NCBI GenBank assembly: GCA_965213685.1
Contig: CBDBZY010000051.1
Coordinates: 32,001 to 96,000 of the forward strand
Source of the DNA: a bacterium
Lineage (GTDB): Bacteria; UBA8248
Length of the DNA: 64,000 bases
Direction: 5' to 3'
Made by a program: the position numbers and the translations under genes. The notes below the pieces were generated by a model. The model was given only the letters and a program-made list of their open reading frames with translations, was not told the origin of the DNA and did not search any database. Every line of letters begins with the position of its first letter. The first letter of the stretch is position 1. This document shows, piece by piece, positions 49,065 through 60,905 of this stretch.

Positions 49065-52000
49065 TCATGAGATGATGTCGTATGGCAGCTTCAGGTCCAG
49101 GTGGTGGAGGGAGCGTGATGGCTCATCGTAGCCGCTGGAGCACACAGAGGGGAGCATCCGGGTGTAGTAGAGCGGGTCCACTGTGAAGTCCATGACCCGC
49201 AGCAGGCCACGCTGCCGGCGAGACAGCTCCGCTGGGGACAGCTGCAGCCTCCTCTCAGGAATGTGGGCAGCCACCAGGTAGCGGCTATCAAACCAGCAGC
49301 CAGCCACCGGGTGCCGCTCATGAGTGCTCCAGAGCTCACCTGCCATCCTCTGGTCCCACACTATCACCATGCCATCCTTCCTGTGAGGAGTGGGAGCAGC
49401 CCAACACATCAGTGGCACTGTCACCAAATGCTACATGCCTCCACCTCATCACACCGCACACCCAACTGAGGTGACATGCCTCCCCCTCATCACACCGCAC
49501 ACCAACTGAGGTGACATGCCTCCCCCTCATCACACCGCACACCAACTGAGGTGACATGCCTCCCCCTCATCACACCGCACACCCAACTGAGGTGACATGC
49601 CTCCCCCTCATCACACCGCACACCCAACTGAGGTGACATGCCTCCCCCTCATCACACCGCACACCCAACTGAGGTGACATTCCTCCCCCTCATCACACCG
49701 CACACCAACTGAGGTGACATGCCTCCCCCTCATCACACCGCACACCCAACTGAGGTGACATGCCTCCCCCTCATCACACCGCACACCAACTGAGGTGACA
49801 TACCTCCCCCTCATCACACCGCACACCAACTGAGGTGACATGCCTCCCCCTCATCACACCGCACACCAACTGAGGTGACATTCCTCCCCCTCATCACACC
49901 GCACACCAACTGAGGTGACATACCTCCCCCTCATCACACCGCACACCAACTGAGGTGACATTCCTGAGTGCGAACTGAATTGAGACAAGCAGTGCATGCT
50001 AACTGAACATGAAAAGCCTCCTCACCCTTTTCTCATCACACACCTCTCATCACACACTGCACACCTCCCCACCCTCCTCTCATCACACACTGCACACCTC
50101 CCCACCCTCCTCTCATCACACACTGCACACCAGAGGCTGCATGATAGCTGGTTCACTCCACACTGTGAAGTGAAGATGAACTGTGTGTGCTAACTAGGAA
50201 CTAAAACAGCATGATGCTATGAAACCTCATACTCCACCCATCACACTGCACACCTCCTCACCCTCCACTGACCACCCTCCACCCATCACACTGCACACCT
50301 CCTCTCCCTCCACTGACCACCCTCCACTCATCACACTGCACACCTCCTCACCCTCCACTGACCATCTTCCACCCATCACACTGCACACATCCTCTCCCTC
50401 CACTGACCACCCTCCACTCATCACACTGCACACCTCCTCACCCTCCACTGACCATCCTCCACCCATCACACTGCACACCTCCTCACCCTCCACTGACCAC
50501 CCTCCACTTATCACACTGCACGCTGATGACAGTGCCACTGTGTCCACGCAGAGTGAGGCTGGGCTGGCTGCAGCGACAGTCAAACACACGCACCCTGCAA
50601 CAAGTGCACACACACACACACACACACACAGAGTGAATGGACATGTTGGGGCACCTAATGCCACTATCCTACACGCACAGTTAGGTATACAGTGGTTGGG
50701 GCATCTGGCAAAACACTAGCATTAAGAAGGCAAGTGTGACAATACATATTCCAGTACAGCCTGCTGGGCAGGTGTGGCTGCCATACCGTCTGTCTGCAGA
50801 GCCAGAGACAAGCATGTTGGCTGGACTGGAGTGGATATTGAGGGCAGTGACTGGCTGGCCGTGGCCCCGCAGGCTGGCCTGGTGGGCCCCCGTCTGCAGG
50901 TCATACAACTGAATCTGGTGGGAGGAGGAAGAGAGGGGGAGAGTCTGCAAGCAATCTTCTTGCTCGTAGCTGCTGGCATACATGGTAGCCCCAGGCACTG
51001 GTGCCACAGGCCACACTGTGGGGGGTGTGGTCAAACTGGTTGATGACTGTACTTCCTGCTGTGCCAGCAGACGTCAGTATGTGTGTGGGTGGTGAGGGGT
51101 GTTGGTGGAGGGTGAGGGTGGTTTGGGTGGAGTAGAGGAGTGGGAAGGGTGAGGAGGAGGACGGTGGGAGGAGGGCCAACTGGTTGATCTGCTGACAGGA
51201 TGAACATATCCATGAGAGGACAAAGGTCAGGTTTGCTGCACTCACTATGGAGGAGCCATGGCCCTGAGGGGGCTGGAGAGTGACCGTCTCCCAGCCCCCG
51301 CCCCTGTGGCAGCTCAGCACAGTGACATCACTGTACCAGAGAGGGGCAGCCACTCCTGAGGCAGGGAGAGGAGGGAGAGGGATGGAGAGGAGGGAGGGAG
51401 GGAGGGAGGGAGGGAGAGGAGGGAGGGAGGGAGAGGAGGGAGAGGGATGGAGAGGAGGGAGGGAGGGAGAGGGAGGGAGAGGGACGGAGAGGAGGGAGGG
51501 AGGGAGGGAGAGGGAGGGAGAGGGAGGGAGGGAGGGAGGGAGGGAGAGGAGGGAGAGGAGGGAGGGAGGGAGACAAGACACCCTGGGCATAACAGAGGAA
51601 GAGGGAGTAAGAGATGAAGACCAGGAGAAGTAAGGGAGGGAGGGAGTGCCCTACCAGGCTGGTAGAGCTGGCGGTTGGAAGCTGCAGCAATAGTCACACA
51701 GTCCTCCCTCCATTGGAGGTCCATGCATGCCATGTGAGCCAGGCCCGGCAGCTGGTGGGCCACTGAGCCAGTGCTGCAGTCATACAGTTCTAGTGTTCCT
51801 GTGGGGGGAGTGGGTGGTGGTGGGTGTGGTCACAAGCCCTCCTGCCCGGCATGCATACCTTGTTCACTGGCCACGGCAGCCCAACCTTGTCTCACTTTAC
51901 ACAAGATGGGTGTGGCCATATGGGTGTGGCCTCTCTGGCAGTTCACTGGACCATCCTCACTAGCCAGGCTCCACAGAAACACTGCACCAGAGGAGTAACT

Positions 52001-53243
52001 ATACAGCATGGGGAGAGGGGGAGAGGGGGAGAGGGGGAGAGGGGGAGAGGGGGAGAAGGGGAGAAGGGGAGAAGGGGAGAGGGGGAGGCAGAGAGGGAGA
52101 GAGTGTGAGAATAGGATGAGAGCTCAGTGTATGTGCACATGTGAGGCTGACCAGGCCAGCAGCTGCTGGTAGAGGGGGCAGTAGTCGACACACAGCAGCA
52201 CTCCCTCTGCCTCCGGCTGGTGCTCGCTCAGACCACAGATACGCTCCTGGAGAGGAGGTGGGCTGCAGTGAGGGTGAGGGTGGGGGGAGGGGCTAGCCAC
52301 AGCACCTTCCAGTTCCTCAGCTCCTTCTTCTTCCTCAGAACAATCTCCTTCACAACTGCCTTCCAGACAATGTGGCCATGGACACTGCACACCAGCACAC
52401 AACCCCACATCACTACCACCTCTCACCACTCCCACACACCCCTCACCACTCCCACATATCACCTCTCACCACTCCCACACCCCTCACCACTCCCACATAT
52501 CACCTCTCACCACTCACACACACCCCTCACCACTCACACATATCACCTCTCACCACTCACACACATGAACCCACTCACTCCACATTTGTCTCATAACCCA
52601 TTCTGTGGCAGACTTGACACCACAAGATGTTGTCTTCAGCCAGGGACAGCCAGCTGCGGCTCACCTGGGAAGGCAGTGAGTGGGTCAGAACTAAGGGACA
52701 GAGCAAGCCCCCATCCGCCACGTGCATACCCGTGCACAGGAGCAGATGTCGGCCGGGGAGAGGTAGCTGAAGATGACCAGTGCCACTTCCCTCGGGAGCT
52801 GCACCTCAAAGAACGGGATGGTGTTGATTTCATCCTGCCGGGGAGGGCAAGAGGTCAACTCAGTGACAGCTGCAGGAGGCCACCTCCTCTAGTGGGGGCC
52901 TGACCAGGTCGGCAATGAGGGTGTCCAGCAGGCCACTGCCAGAGCCCCGCCTGCTGCTCCCCTCTCCCTCTGCTGGAGGTGGTGGCTCCTCCTCCTCCTT
53001 CCTCCTCCCTGCTGGCAACACCAGCAGGGGGGATGGCTCTCGGGGAGCCAGCCGCTTCCCTACAGGCTCCTCCTCCGTCTCATCACCTCTCCCCCCATCA
53101 CCTGCTCTGTGGGATGGATGGTGCTCGCCTCTCTTCCCCAGCACCCCCTCCCTGGGTCTGGACCCAGACACGAGCAGTTCCCTCCTCCACTCAGTAAAAA
53201 ACTGATCTAGTGCAGCCTGCGGACACTCCTCTTCCTCATCCAT
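49065..53243 (-). CDS. FBXW8: F-box/WD repeat-containing protein 8, multi-exon
   Basis: LDQFFTEWRRELL and LLDTLIADL/DEINTIPFFEVQLPREVALVIFSYL (F-box). WD40 segments include LRGHGQPV...MLVSGSADR and LRGHSGTVISVQCDKWRVVSGG/KDGMVIVWDQRM, ending LPYDIIS*. Confidence 0.85.
49437..49964. repeat. 40/41-bp minisatellite (CCTCCCCCTCATCACACCGCACAC(C)CAACTGAGGTGACATG) x~13
   Basis: Head-to-tail units in the last FBXW8 intron. Confidence 0.93.
50233..50521. repeat. 45-bp minisatellite x~6.5 overlapping an FBXW8 exon end and 5' splice site
   Basis: Unit CCACCCATCACACTGCACACCTCCTCACCCTCCACTGACCACCCT. The last copy is coding (VQCDKWRVVSGG). Confidence 0.9.
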
Positions 53244-53290
53244 AATCAAGCGGTCAAAGGTCAACTTATTCGTTCACCGTGCCGTGCACC

Positions 53291-53542
53291 ATGAACGCTG
53301 AGGAGCGCGCTGTGCTGAGCAGCTTCCGCGAGTACGCGACGGTCTACAACGAACTGACGGAGACGTGCTTTTCTAACTGCGTGCACGACCTGGGGCAGCG
53401 CCGCCTGAACGAAGAGGAGTCGACCTGCGCAGATCTGTGTGCAGCCAAGCTTATCCAGGCAACCAACCGCATGGTGTGGCGCATTGCGGAACAGAACCCT
53501 CTGGGGGGCAGGATGGGTCAGCCGCCTCCCACTGCCAGGTAG
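53291..53542 (+). CDS. Small Tim chaperone (Tim9/Tim10B-like, twin CX3C), intronless
   Basis: FREYATVYNELTETCFSNCV...EESTCADLCAAKLIQATNRM contains the twin CX3C motif. Confidence 0.88.
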   Translation: MNAEERAVLSSFREYATVYNELTETCFSNCVHDLGQRRLNEEESTCADLCAAKLIQATNRMVWRIAEQNPLGGRMGQPPPTAR

Positions 53543-53715
53543 CAGCCGAACTGGTGTGATGCCTCGCGACCGCACCTGGCTCTCCGCTAGCTGAGAACCG
53601 AGACACTGATATGGGCCTAGGTGTGTAGCGTTTGTTTGCTCATAACTATGTACCTGCGGTGGCAGTATGTTAAATATTTACGTGAGAGAAGGGTTAATCT
53701 GTCTGCGGTCGAGGC

Positions 53716-54159
53716 ATGGCACAATCTGCTACGGCCAGTAGTGTTCCTTCCACAGGACAGAAAATTGGGGCGACCGGGGAGAGCAAGCCGGCAGAGACAA
53801 AGGGAAAGCCTACCGGTAAGCTTGATAGATTGTGGGAATTCCAGTAGACCGGTGACTTGCTGTAGGTTCAGCCGGGGTGCTGGTGGCCCCGCCCCCTCCC
53901 AAAGAGGCCAACCTCCAGACCCACTATGAGGAACTGCTGAGAGTGATAGCAGAAGTGGGCAAGGACATCAAGCCAGCCTACACCAACAACAAGGTGTCCG
54001 CTGACAGGCTGAAGCGAAGTGAGAAAGCTTGCTTAGTAAGGCTACATGTTTCACCACGTCACACTTTACCTCCCAACAGACATAGCAGTTGCCAGAGGAG
54101 TGCTCAGAGACTGCCTGAATGACATTGAGAAGCTGCATCAACTTCATGCTGATAAATAG
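53716..54159 (+). CDS. CDK2AP1: CDK2-associated protein (DOC-1 family, NuRD subunit), 3 exons
   Basis: Exons at about 53716-53815, 53867-54018 and 54079-54159 give HYEELLRVIAEVGKDIKPAYTNNKVSADRLKRNIAVARGVLRDCL. Confidence 0.8.
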
Positions 54160-54385
54160 CCACACATCATACCACGTGCATAGCTCATTCCACAGATCAT
54201 TTTGCAGTATCATAACAGCATCCATAAATGCCACAAACCCAATTAACTGAATGGCATAATTGTCAAAAAAATTTGAACTGTGCTCAAGCAGTGAAATGCA
54301 CAATCACACTGCCTTGTTTCTAGTGTTGTGTAACAATCAAGTAATAATTAATTACTTTCTAAAACGGGGACAATAGTACAGCTGA

Positions 54386-56527
54386 CTAAGAGCTGGGATC
54401 AGAGCCAGCATCCTTCTTAGCAGACTTCTCTGTGGTGTGTGACTCTTCCTTCGGCTGCTCCTTGGCAGCGTTAGCCTTGGGATCCACCAGCTGAAATGTG
54501 TCGAAGTAAACCACAATCACAGTCATGTTGTCTCCAGAGCCCTCTCTCCGTGCTGCGTCGACGATGCCCCGAGCCAGGTTCTGCTTGGTGCCTCCCTGCG
54601 TGAGGTGCCGGTACACCTCCTCTGCCATCTCCTTGTTGTCCAGCACGTCCCACACACCATCACAAGCAACCACCAGATAGTCTTCGGTGCCGTCCAATTT
54701 CACTGAGCGCTAGAAAGGGAACAGAAAGGCAGTGAAGGGAGGGTAGGATGTGAAGCTGACACATTCTGATAGCTCACCACTTCAGCCTCTGCTGTTATGA
54801 ACTTCTTGTCTGCTCCATCCCCAATGGAGCGGGAGACAGACAGGTTACCATTGACCCGCCACGCCCCCAGCCAGATGACCAGGCCCCCCAGTGCCTCGAT
54901 CCTCTTCCTCTCATCCTGAGGAGGGGAGGGCAACAGCACAGGGGTCAGGGGTCAACACAGGCCTCTCTCTGAAGATAGCACATCACTGTGCTGCTAGCTA
55001 CCTCTCTGTCAGGCTTGTGGGGGTCGACCAGCTGAATCCCCTCGCCCTTGCGGAACAGCATGGCCTGAGAGTCCCCCACCCACGCCACGTGAATCATGTC
55101 CTCCCTCAGCAGAGCCATCACGGCAGTGGTGCCAGCCTTCTGATCCTGGGGGGGGAGAGAAGGAAGGCAAAGAAGTGTCAATGGCTCTGTAAGAAGGTAC
55201 ATCTCCATCACTCACCATCTGGCAGAATCGCTTGTCAGTGAGGTCAATAGCTCCCCTCAGGGCACTCTCAGGGTTGGTACGGAAGTCAGGGTGGTGCACA
55301 AGGTTGGGGAGCACGTGAATGGACGCATACTCAGCTGCCTCCACTGAAACGTGGCCATCAAAAACACCGTAGAAAGACTGGGGTGGGTGGTCCTTGAAGG
55401 GAGAGGGGAGGAAAGGGAGGGAATGAGGGAAGGAGGGAGGACCATAGGAGGGAAATGTCCAGTGCCTTGTTTACCTTCAGGCCAAAGAGGCTGTTGATAT
55501 CGACGCAGAGAGCATGCCTGTCTTCCATCTTTCTCCGGGTGTTCTTGATAGCATGGAAACTTATCTCTATTTCTCCTGGCACCTGAGTGAGCTTTGGCAG
55601 GCCCTTCACCCACTTGGAGAACACATGTTTGATGGCAGAGAGCAAGGCAGCAGACACCAGATTCCCATCCAGCACTGGGGGGGGGGGGGGGGGGGGGAGA
55701 GTTCAGGTGAACACTAGTTAAGTGCAAGTTGACATGGACATACACTTCTGTTTTGCTGGTCCAGCTCCTCCACTTTTTCCCTCTCCTTTCCCCTCATCCT
55801 CCGGTTCCTCCTGTGCCCACAGCCCATCCAGCGGCTGAGACATTAGATACCGAACAGCATGGCAGGCAATGTGGTAGGAGAAGATTCCAGGGCAGCGTCT
55901 GGAGGAGGTGCAAAGGAGCACTTTTGTGAACTGCTTACTCATGGCTATGTAATATGCAAGTCCTTGCTGTAACACAACAGCATCGCAGCCCACTTCACCA
56001 CAGCTAGTGGATAGCAACGTGCAGGTTGGAGTCATCCCCATAGTACAGCCCATCCACCCAGCACAGCCAGCTGAGGCATTCATTTCAAAGGCCTATCACA
56101 GCCCTCCGCTTAGCAAGGGCCAGCACATGGTCAGTGGGTGATTGCCATAATGGCTGCTCTGGCAATGCACTGGGGCCTGCTACCACACCCACCCACCAAC
56201 ACGTTGCTGTCTGAACCTCTCTCTCTCCCGTGCCACCGCCATCCCTACCAGTCCCCACCACCACCGCCACCCTAGCTAGAGCCCGGCAGGGTTGCCACTG
56301 ACGACCCCTAACACCGCTCCGCGCAGACGGCTGGCGGTGGAGTGCTACGCAATCGCTCACTTTTCGCTCAGGTAGGTCCTGGCCATATGCAGACACTCTC
56401 CCTCCAGTTCCTCCTTGGTGAAACGAAGCCTTAACGGAGTAAACCGCGCTCCATCCGCCCACCTGGACAGATACTCCTGCATAAACTTAATGGCGTTGGC
56501 ATTTTGCTCCTCCGAGAACTTTTCCAT
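54386..56527 (-). CDS. PP2C-family phosphatase, PPM1E/PPM1F-like, multi-exon
   Basis: [65 protein letters not shown] and GSGDNMTV. Confidence 0.93.
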
Positions 56528-56865
56528 GGCTGGCTGAGATGGTGAAACGAGCTGCCTCTGTCTGTCTTCCTCAATTTCAAGTGGGAAAACCGAACAATCT
56601 TTACCACACCCCTCGAGCAATTTGTAACAGATCACGTGCACTGGACATGTGACCTGACTGTATTTTCGGCCAGGTCAGCTCTACCGCTAACTCCTGAAAC
56701 GTCTTCAGAGGTGAGAGCCGTGATTTCTTTTCTAGCTGAGGGCGAGGCGCGGGCTGTGTGGCTGTCGTGGCAGCCAGTCCGCCCCCTTCAGAGCGGGAGG
56801 GAGGGGGAAGGTCTCTGGATTAGAAGTATTGCTGTACTTGTTTCCCTGCAGGGCGCTCACCAGCC

Positions 56866-57489
56866 ATGCTGTGCGGCGTGCACCACCAGGTGGCCTACTA
56901 CACGGCCATCACCATCCTCATATGTGTTGCGCTCTACTACAACCTCGTGGGGCTGGGCAGCCAGGTGGACTTTGGCTGGTTCCTACAGAACACTAGCCCG
57001 TACATGTGGGCAGGGGTGGGGGCCGGCCTGTCCGTCTCCCTCTCCATCATTGGAGCTGCCTGGGGCATTTTCCTGACTGGAGTGAGCATCATTGGAGGGG
57101 GTGTGAAGGCGCCCCGCATCAAGACCAGGAACCTCATCAGCATCATCTTCTGTGAGGCTGTGGCCATCTATGGTATCATCATGGCCATCATTCTCGTGCA
57201 GAGACTGAAGTCTGTCTCCGATGACTCGTTGTTCACCGAGTATGGTACCTATGCCAACTCGGCCACTTTCGCTGGCTACTCATTATTTGGAGCTGGTCTG
57301 ACAGTGGGGTTCACCAACATTGCCTGCGGCCTGTCTGTGGGTCTGGTTGGAAGTGGAGCTGCTCTGGCCGATGCCCAGAACCCCTCCCTGTTTGTCAAGA
57401 TCCTGATCATCGAGATCTTTGCCAGTGCCATTGGACTGTTTGGAGTGATAGTTGGAATCATTCAAGCCACTAAAGCTAGCTTTCAATAA
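56866..57489 (+). CDS. ATP6V0B: V-ATPase V0 21-kDa proteolipid subunit c'', intronless CDS
   Basis: SPYMWAGVG...[40 protein letters not shown] and [20 protein letters not shown] probable 5'UTR intron spans 56711-56851. Confidence 0.96.
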   Translation: MLCGVHHQVAYYTAITILICVALYYNLVGLGSQVDFGWFLQNTSPYMWAGVGAGLSVSLSIIGAAWGIFLTGVSIIGGGVKAPRIKTRNLISIIFCEAVAIYGIIMAIILVQRLKSVSDDSLFTEYGTYANSATFAGYSLFGAGLTVGFTNIACGLSVGLVGSGAALADAQNPSLFVKILIIEIFASAIGLFGVIVGIIQATKASFQ

Positions 57490-57716
57490 CTTCAATAGGA
57501 GATGTTCATACCATTGTCTTGTGTGTAGTTCTGCATTGTCTGTTAAGGCAGTCCATTCACTGAGTGTGTTACACTGTGTTGACACTATTGAGTGGAATGT
57601 GATGAGACTATATATATATATAAATATATATTGGTGTTCACAGGTCTTAACACATGCAGTTTGAGAGTGAGAATGATCAAATAGTACTGTACAGATGATT
57701 GTGACGTGGGTGCCAG

Positions 57717-58238
57717 TCACCAGACTGGTCTGTGTGGCTCTGGCTGGGGCAGGTCAGCAAACTGCATCTCCCCCAGTGCCTCCACCACCACCCTGATCCG
57801 TGCCTTGATCTGGCTCTCCTGCCCAGTGAGCTCCTCGGCCCTCCCACTGAGGTGAGCCACTTTCTTGTCTATGAACTGCAGAGCCTCGCTGAGCGTGAAC
57901 TCCAGAAAGAAGCCAAACCCAATGGCCACAAACACATGGGAAGCATCTGGCACTCTGGCCTGTGCGTAAAAGTTACAGCCCAAGTCTATCATGGTCTTGA
58001 GGCTGGTTTGTGGCACTCCCCCTGCTATTAGCTTTTCAATCACATTCCTCAACTGAAGGTACTCAGCAATATCCGAATAGATGGCGTCCCTGCTGTCCAG
58101 GACTGACCTCAAGTCCACCTTCAGCCTCTCGTTGAGAAACGTCTCATACTCCAGCACCTTGCCCCGAACACTTCCACCATCAGCAGCCACGCCTCTTCCC
58201 CCAACTCTCCTGGATTCCCCACCTCCTGAGGTAGCCAT
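57717..58238 (-). CDS. UXT: Prefoldin-like protein UXT, intronless
   Basis: KVLEYETFLNERLKVDL, AEYLQLRNVIE, IDLGCNFYAQARVPD, VAIGFGFFLEFTLSEAL and QIKARI. Confidence 0.9.
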   Translation of the reverse strand: MATSGGGESRRVGGRGVAADGGSVRGKVLEYETFLNERLKVDLRSVLDSRDAIYSDIAEYLQLRNVIEKLIAGGVPQTSLKTMIDLGCNFYAQARVPDASHVFVAIGFGFFLEFTLSEALQFIDKKVAHLSGRAEELTGQESQIKARIRVVVEALGEMQFADLPQPEPHRPVW

Positions 58239-58376
58239 GTTCCCAACACCATACGTAATATGTTCACGCGTTGGGAGGGCGGAAATGAAATCAACCCAAG
58301 GACTTCCTCCACCTTCCCAGCAGTCCACGCCTTCCGCTCTAAAGACTGCCGTGTTTTAGGGAGCGCAAGTGATAGG

Positions 58377-58384
58377 TATAAAAA
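58377..58384 (+). promoter_or_regulatory. Putative TATA box of TGF-beta copy 1
   Basis: TATAAAAA about 75 bp upstream of ATG 58452; an equivalent element lies upstream of copy 2. Confidence 0.55.
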
Positions 58385-58451
58385 GCAACGCACCTACCGA
58401 GAGGTATGAAAATTACTCTCTGAAAAGAAAACTGTCTTGGAGCTGAGGAAC

Positions 58452-60240
58452 ATGCATCCCACCTCGCTGCACTGGAGCAGGGCGCTGGCCTGGATCTTCC
58501 CTACCATGATCCTGTCCTCCTACGCCATACAGTCTTGTATGCTGAACGATGCGGAGCTGCTAAAGCAGAGACGGCTGCGCACGCTGAAGAACGGTATCCT
58601 AGCGCAGTTAGGGATCAGCGAGCCGCCCACATACAACGCCACTGAGCCGCTACCGGGAGAAGAATCCATGAAGGACACGTTCAATGCCCTGCGTAGCGCG
58701 AGTGCCAGTCTCGAGCGGGAGAACGAAAGACGCTGCCATTCTGAAGACTTCTACGCTAAACCAGTCACCTCATTCGTAGGGGCATTGTCAGAAGGTAAAA
58801 AACTAATGGTAGAACATGGCAGCATGTGCTCCTGGCACCCGGCAGTTAGGTGCCCTTGGAATATGTTTATGGTAGATACAACACCAAAAAGAGTCAAAAT
58901 ATCCAAGTTTCTTGGATGTTACCACGTTGTGTTGGAGTCAACAGAAGCACCACAAATCCTGGCATTACAGTGAAGTTGCACCATACATGTCGGCTGCAGC
59001 TCCAGCTCCAACCTACTTGGGGCTGCTTGAAATTAGCTGCACTATGCTTTTAAGTCTGGGCAGTGTGCAGAGTGATGTGCAGAGTGTGGTGGATGATAAT
59101 GAAAGACCGCACCACACCAGACCAAGCTGGAAACCTCTCACTGGTCATTGGGGGGGGGGGTTAAGCTGCACAACATAATGTCTTTAGCACCAGACCACCT
59201 CCTGACTATATCTCAGCGAGACGACAGCCTAGTGCTGTGTGTGATAACATTAGCTATTACATGAGTGCCCCACTATTCACCACACTCCCTGGACGTAGCA
59301 CTGTGTACTTTATGCCTCCACCATTCATACCTCGCCTACTGCCTGTTTCCATCCCTCTACAGAAGTGGTCTACACTGCTAGGGCACGACGAGATGTTGGC
59401 AGCACTGACCCTCAGATGAACAATCTCCTCAACAGCTACTTCATCAACTTCAACTTCTCCCTTTCTGATAACCTCTCTGATGTGTCTCGTGCAGACCTTC
59501 TCCTCTACCAGCAGGACTCTGTCCGGCCAGACACTGTGGTCAAGGACCGCAAACAGTACATTGAGATCAGGACCATACTAGCATCCCTCAATCAGAGGTT
59601 TGTGGTGGAAGGGAAGTACATTGACGTGTTTGAGACCGGCTATCAGGTATTTGAGATCACCTCAGCCGTCAAACTGTGGATTGCCAAAGGACTCAATGGT
59701 CCTGTAACACTGGAGGTGAATGTGTTCTGTTACAGTTCCCTTAACTGCAGCCAGTCAGAAGGAGGTCTGAAGCCGGCCAGTGCTTCCTTCCTGTCCTCCC
59801 CATCTGACCGGGACAAGGCCCCTCGAATCATCACTGTCTCCAAGAACCCTTTGGATGTACAGCATCAACAGCGACAGAAGAGGAACACGGAACAGCTGAC
59901 AGGAGTGGGAACCTGCCGCACAAACCAGTCAACATGCTGCCTACAGCATTTAGAACTCAGTTTTCGTGATGACCTGGGGCTGGATTTCATCATCCTCCCA
60001 ACCACATTCACGGCCAACTATTGTGAGGGAGTGTGTCCTGAGGTGATGGGAGGCCAACTGATGACTCCTCGCATTTTTGAGTTATTCAGCAGACTGCCCG
60101 AGACAAATCCGGGCAGCTCTGTGGAGCCATGCTGCACAGGGAACCAATACAAGCCTCTGGAAATTCTCATGCAAAGGGAAGGCGAGTATGTCATAGAAGA
60201 GTTGTCTCATGTGACTGTTCTTTCATGTCGCTGCACTTAA
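58452..60240 (+). CDS. TGF-beta superfamily ligand precursor, copy 1 (2 exons: about 58452-58794 and 59362-60240)
   Basis: Signal-like N-terminus, prodomain (LKNGILAQLG..PP, FYAK), RQKR furin site and a nine-cysteine mature domain C..CC..CEGVC..CC..CRC. Confidence 0.92.
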
Positions 60241-60359
60241 CCTGTCACAGTCATACATGTACTCTCCTGTGGAATGTTATACACTTCTGTCCATCTTCAT
60301 TCACTGGTTCATTTCCAATTAAATTTTATTATAATCATATTAATCATTCGCCTTTTATT

Positions 60360-60365
60360 AATAAA
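60360..60365 (+). promoter_or_regulatory. Putative polyadenylation signal AATAAA for TGF-beta copy 1
   Basis: AATAAA 120 nt after the stop, in an AT-rich 3' region. Confidence 0.45.
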
Positions 60366-60840
60366 AGATGATTTATCAAAAGAAACTCCACTGTAACGGC
60401 CTCTGCAGTATGCTATGTGATATCTATGCATGCTTCTGTATGGTGCGAGTATAAGGATGTCAGTGTCTAGATCAAGTGGATGGATGCCGCGAGACACGCT
60501 ACGCCTTTCCGTATAATCTCCGTATACCACATCTGACGAGCGCCTGAATTTCATTCCGGCACAGTGTTCGGCACTAGATGTGAGGATTTATTACGTTGTT
60601 CTGGGGCACTAGTACAGTTTGCATGCTTTAGCAAATTTTCAGGAAACTCCCAACATTATTTGCAGTCCACACGTACCAAGTCCATCAGAATGCAGTCGAG
60701 AAACGGAAATGACGTCATATTTGTAGTTTCATGTGGGCGTACAATTCTAATATTCCTTCTTATTGCTTTCTACTTATAAAACGCACGCCATGCTAAACGT
60801 TTGTTTACAATTTATCGTTAGCTCCGCGCTCTCAGCTGGC

Positions 60841-60847
60841 TATAAAA
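60841..60847 (+). promoter_or_regulatory. Putative TATA box of TGF-beta copy 2
   Basis: TATAAAA about 65 bp upstream of ATG 60906. Confidence 0.55.
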
Positions 60848-60905
60848 GGTAGCAGCGTGGCATGAAGATTACTCCCTAAACCAAACTGTCTTGGAGCTGA
60901 GGAAC

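Noticed and set aside
49437-49964. CRISPR-like array (also 28171-28403 and 50233-50521)
   Set aside because: Units are head-to-tail with no unique spacers, there are no cas genes, and the context is eukaryotic introns; these are ordinary minisatellites.
60380-60830. CpG-richer segment between the TGF-beta copies as a mobile element or ncRNA
   Set aside because: No terminal repeats, TSD or recognisable RNA motif were found; it may simply be the copy-2 promoter.
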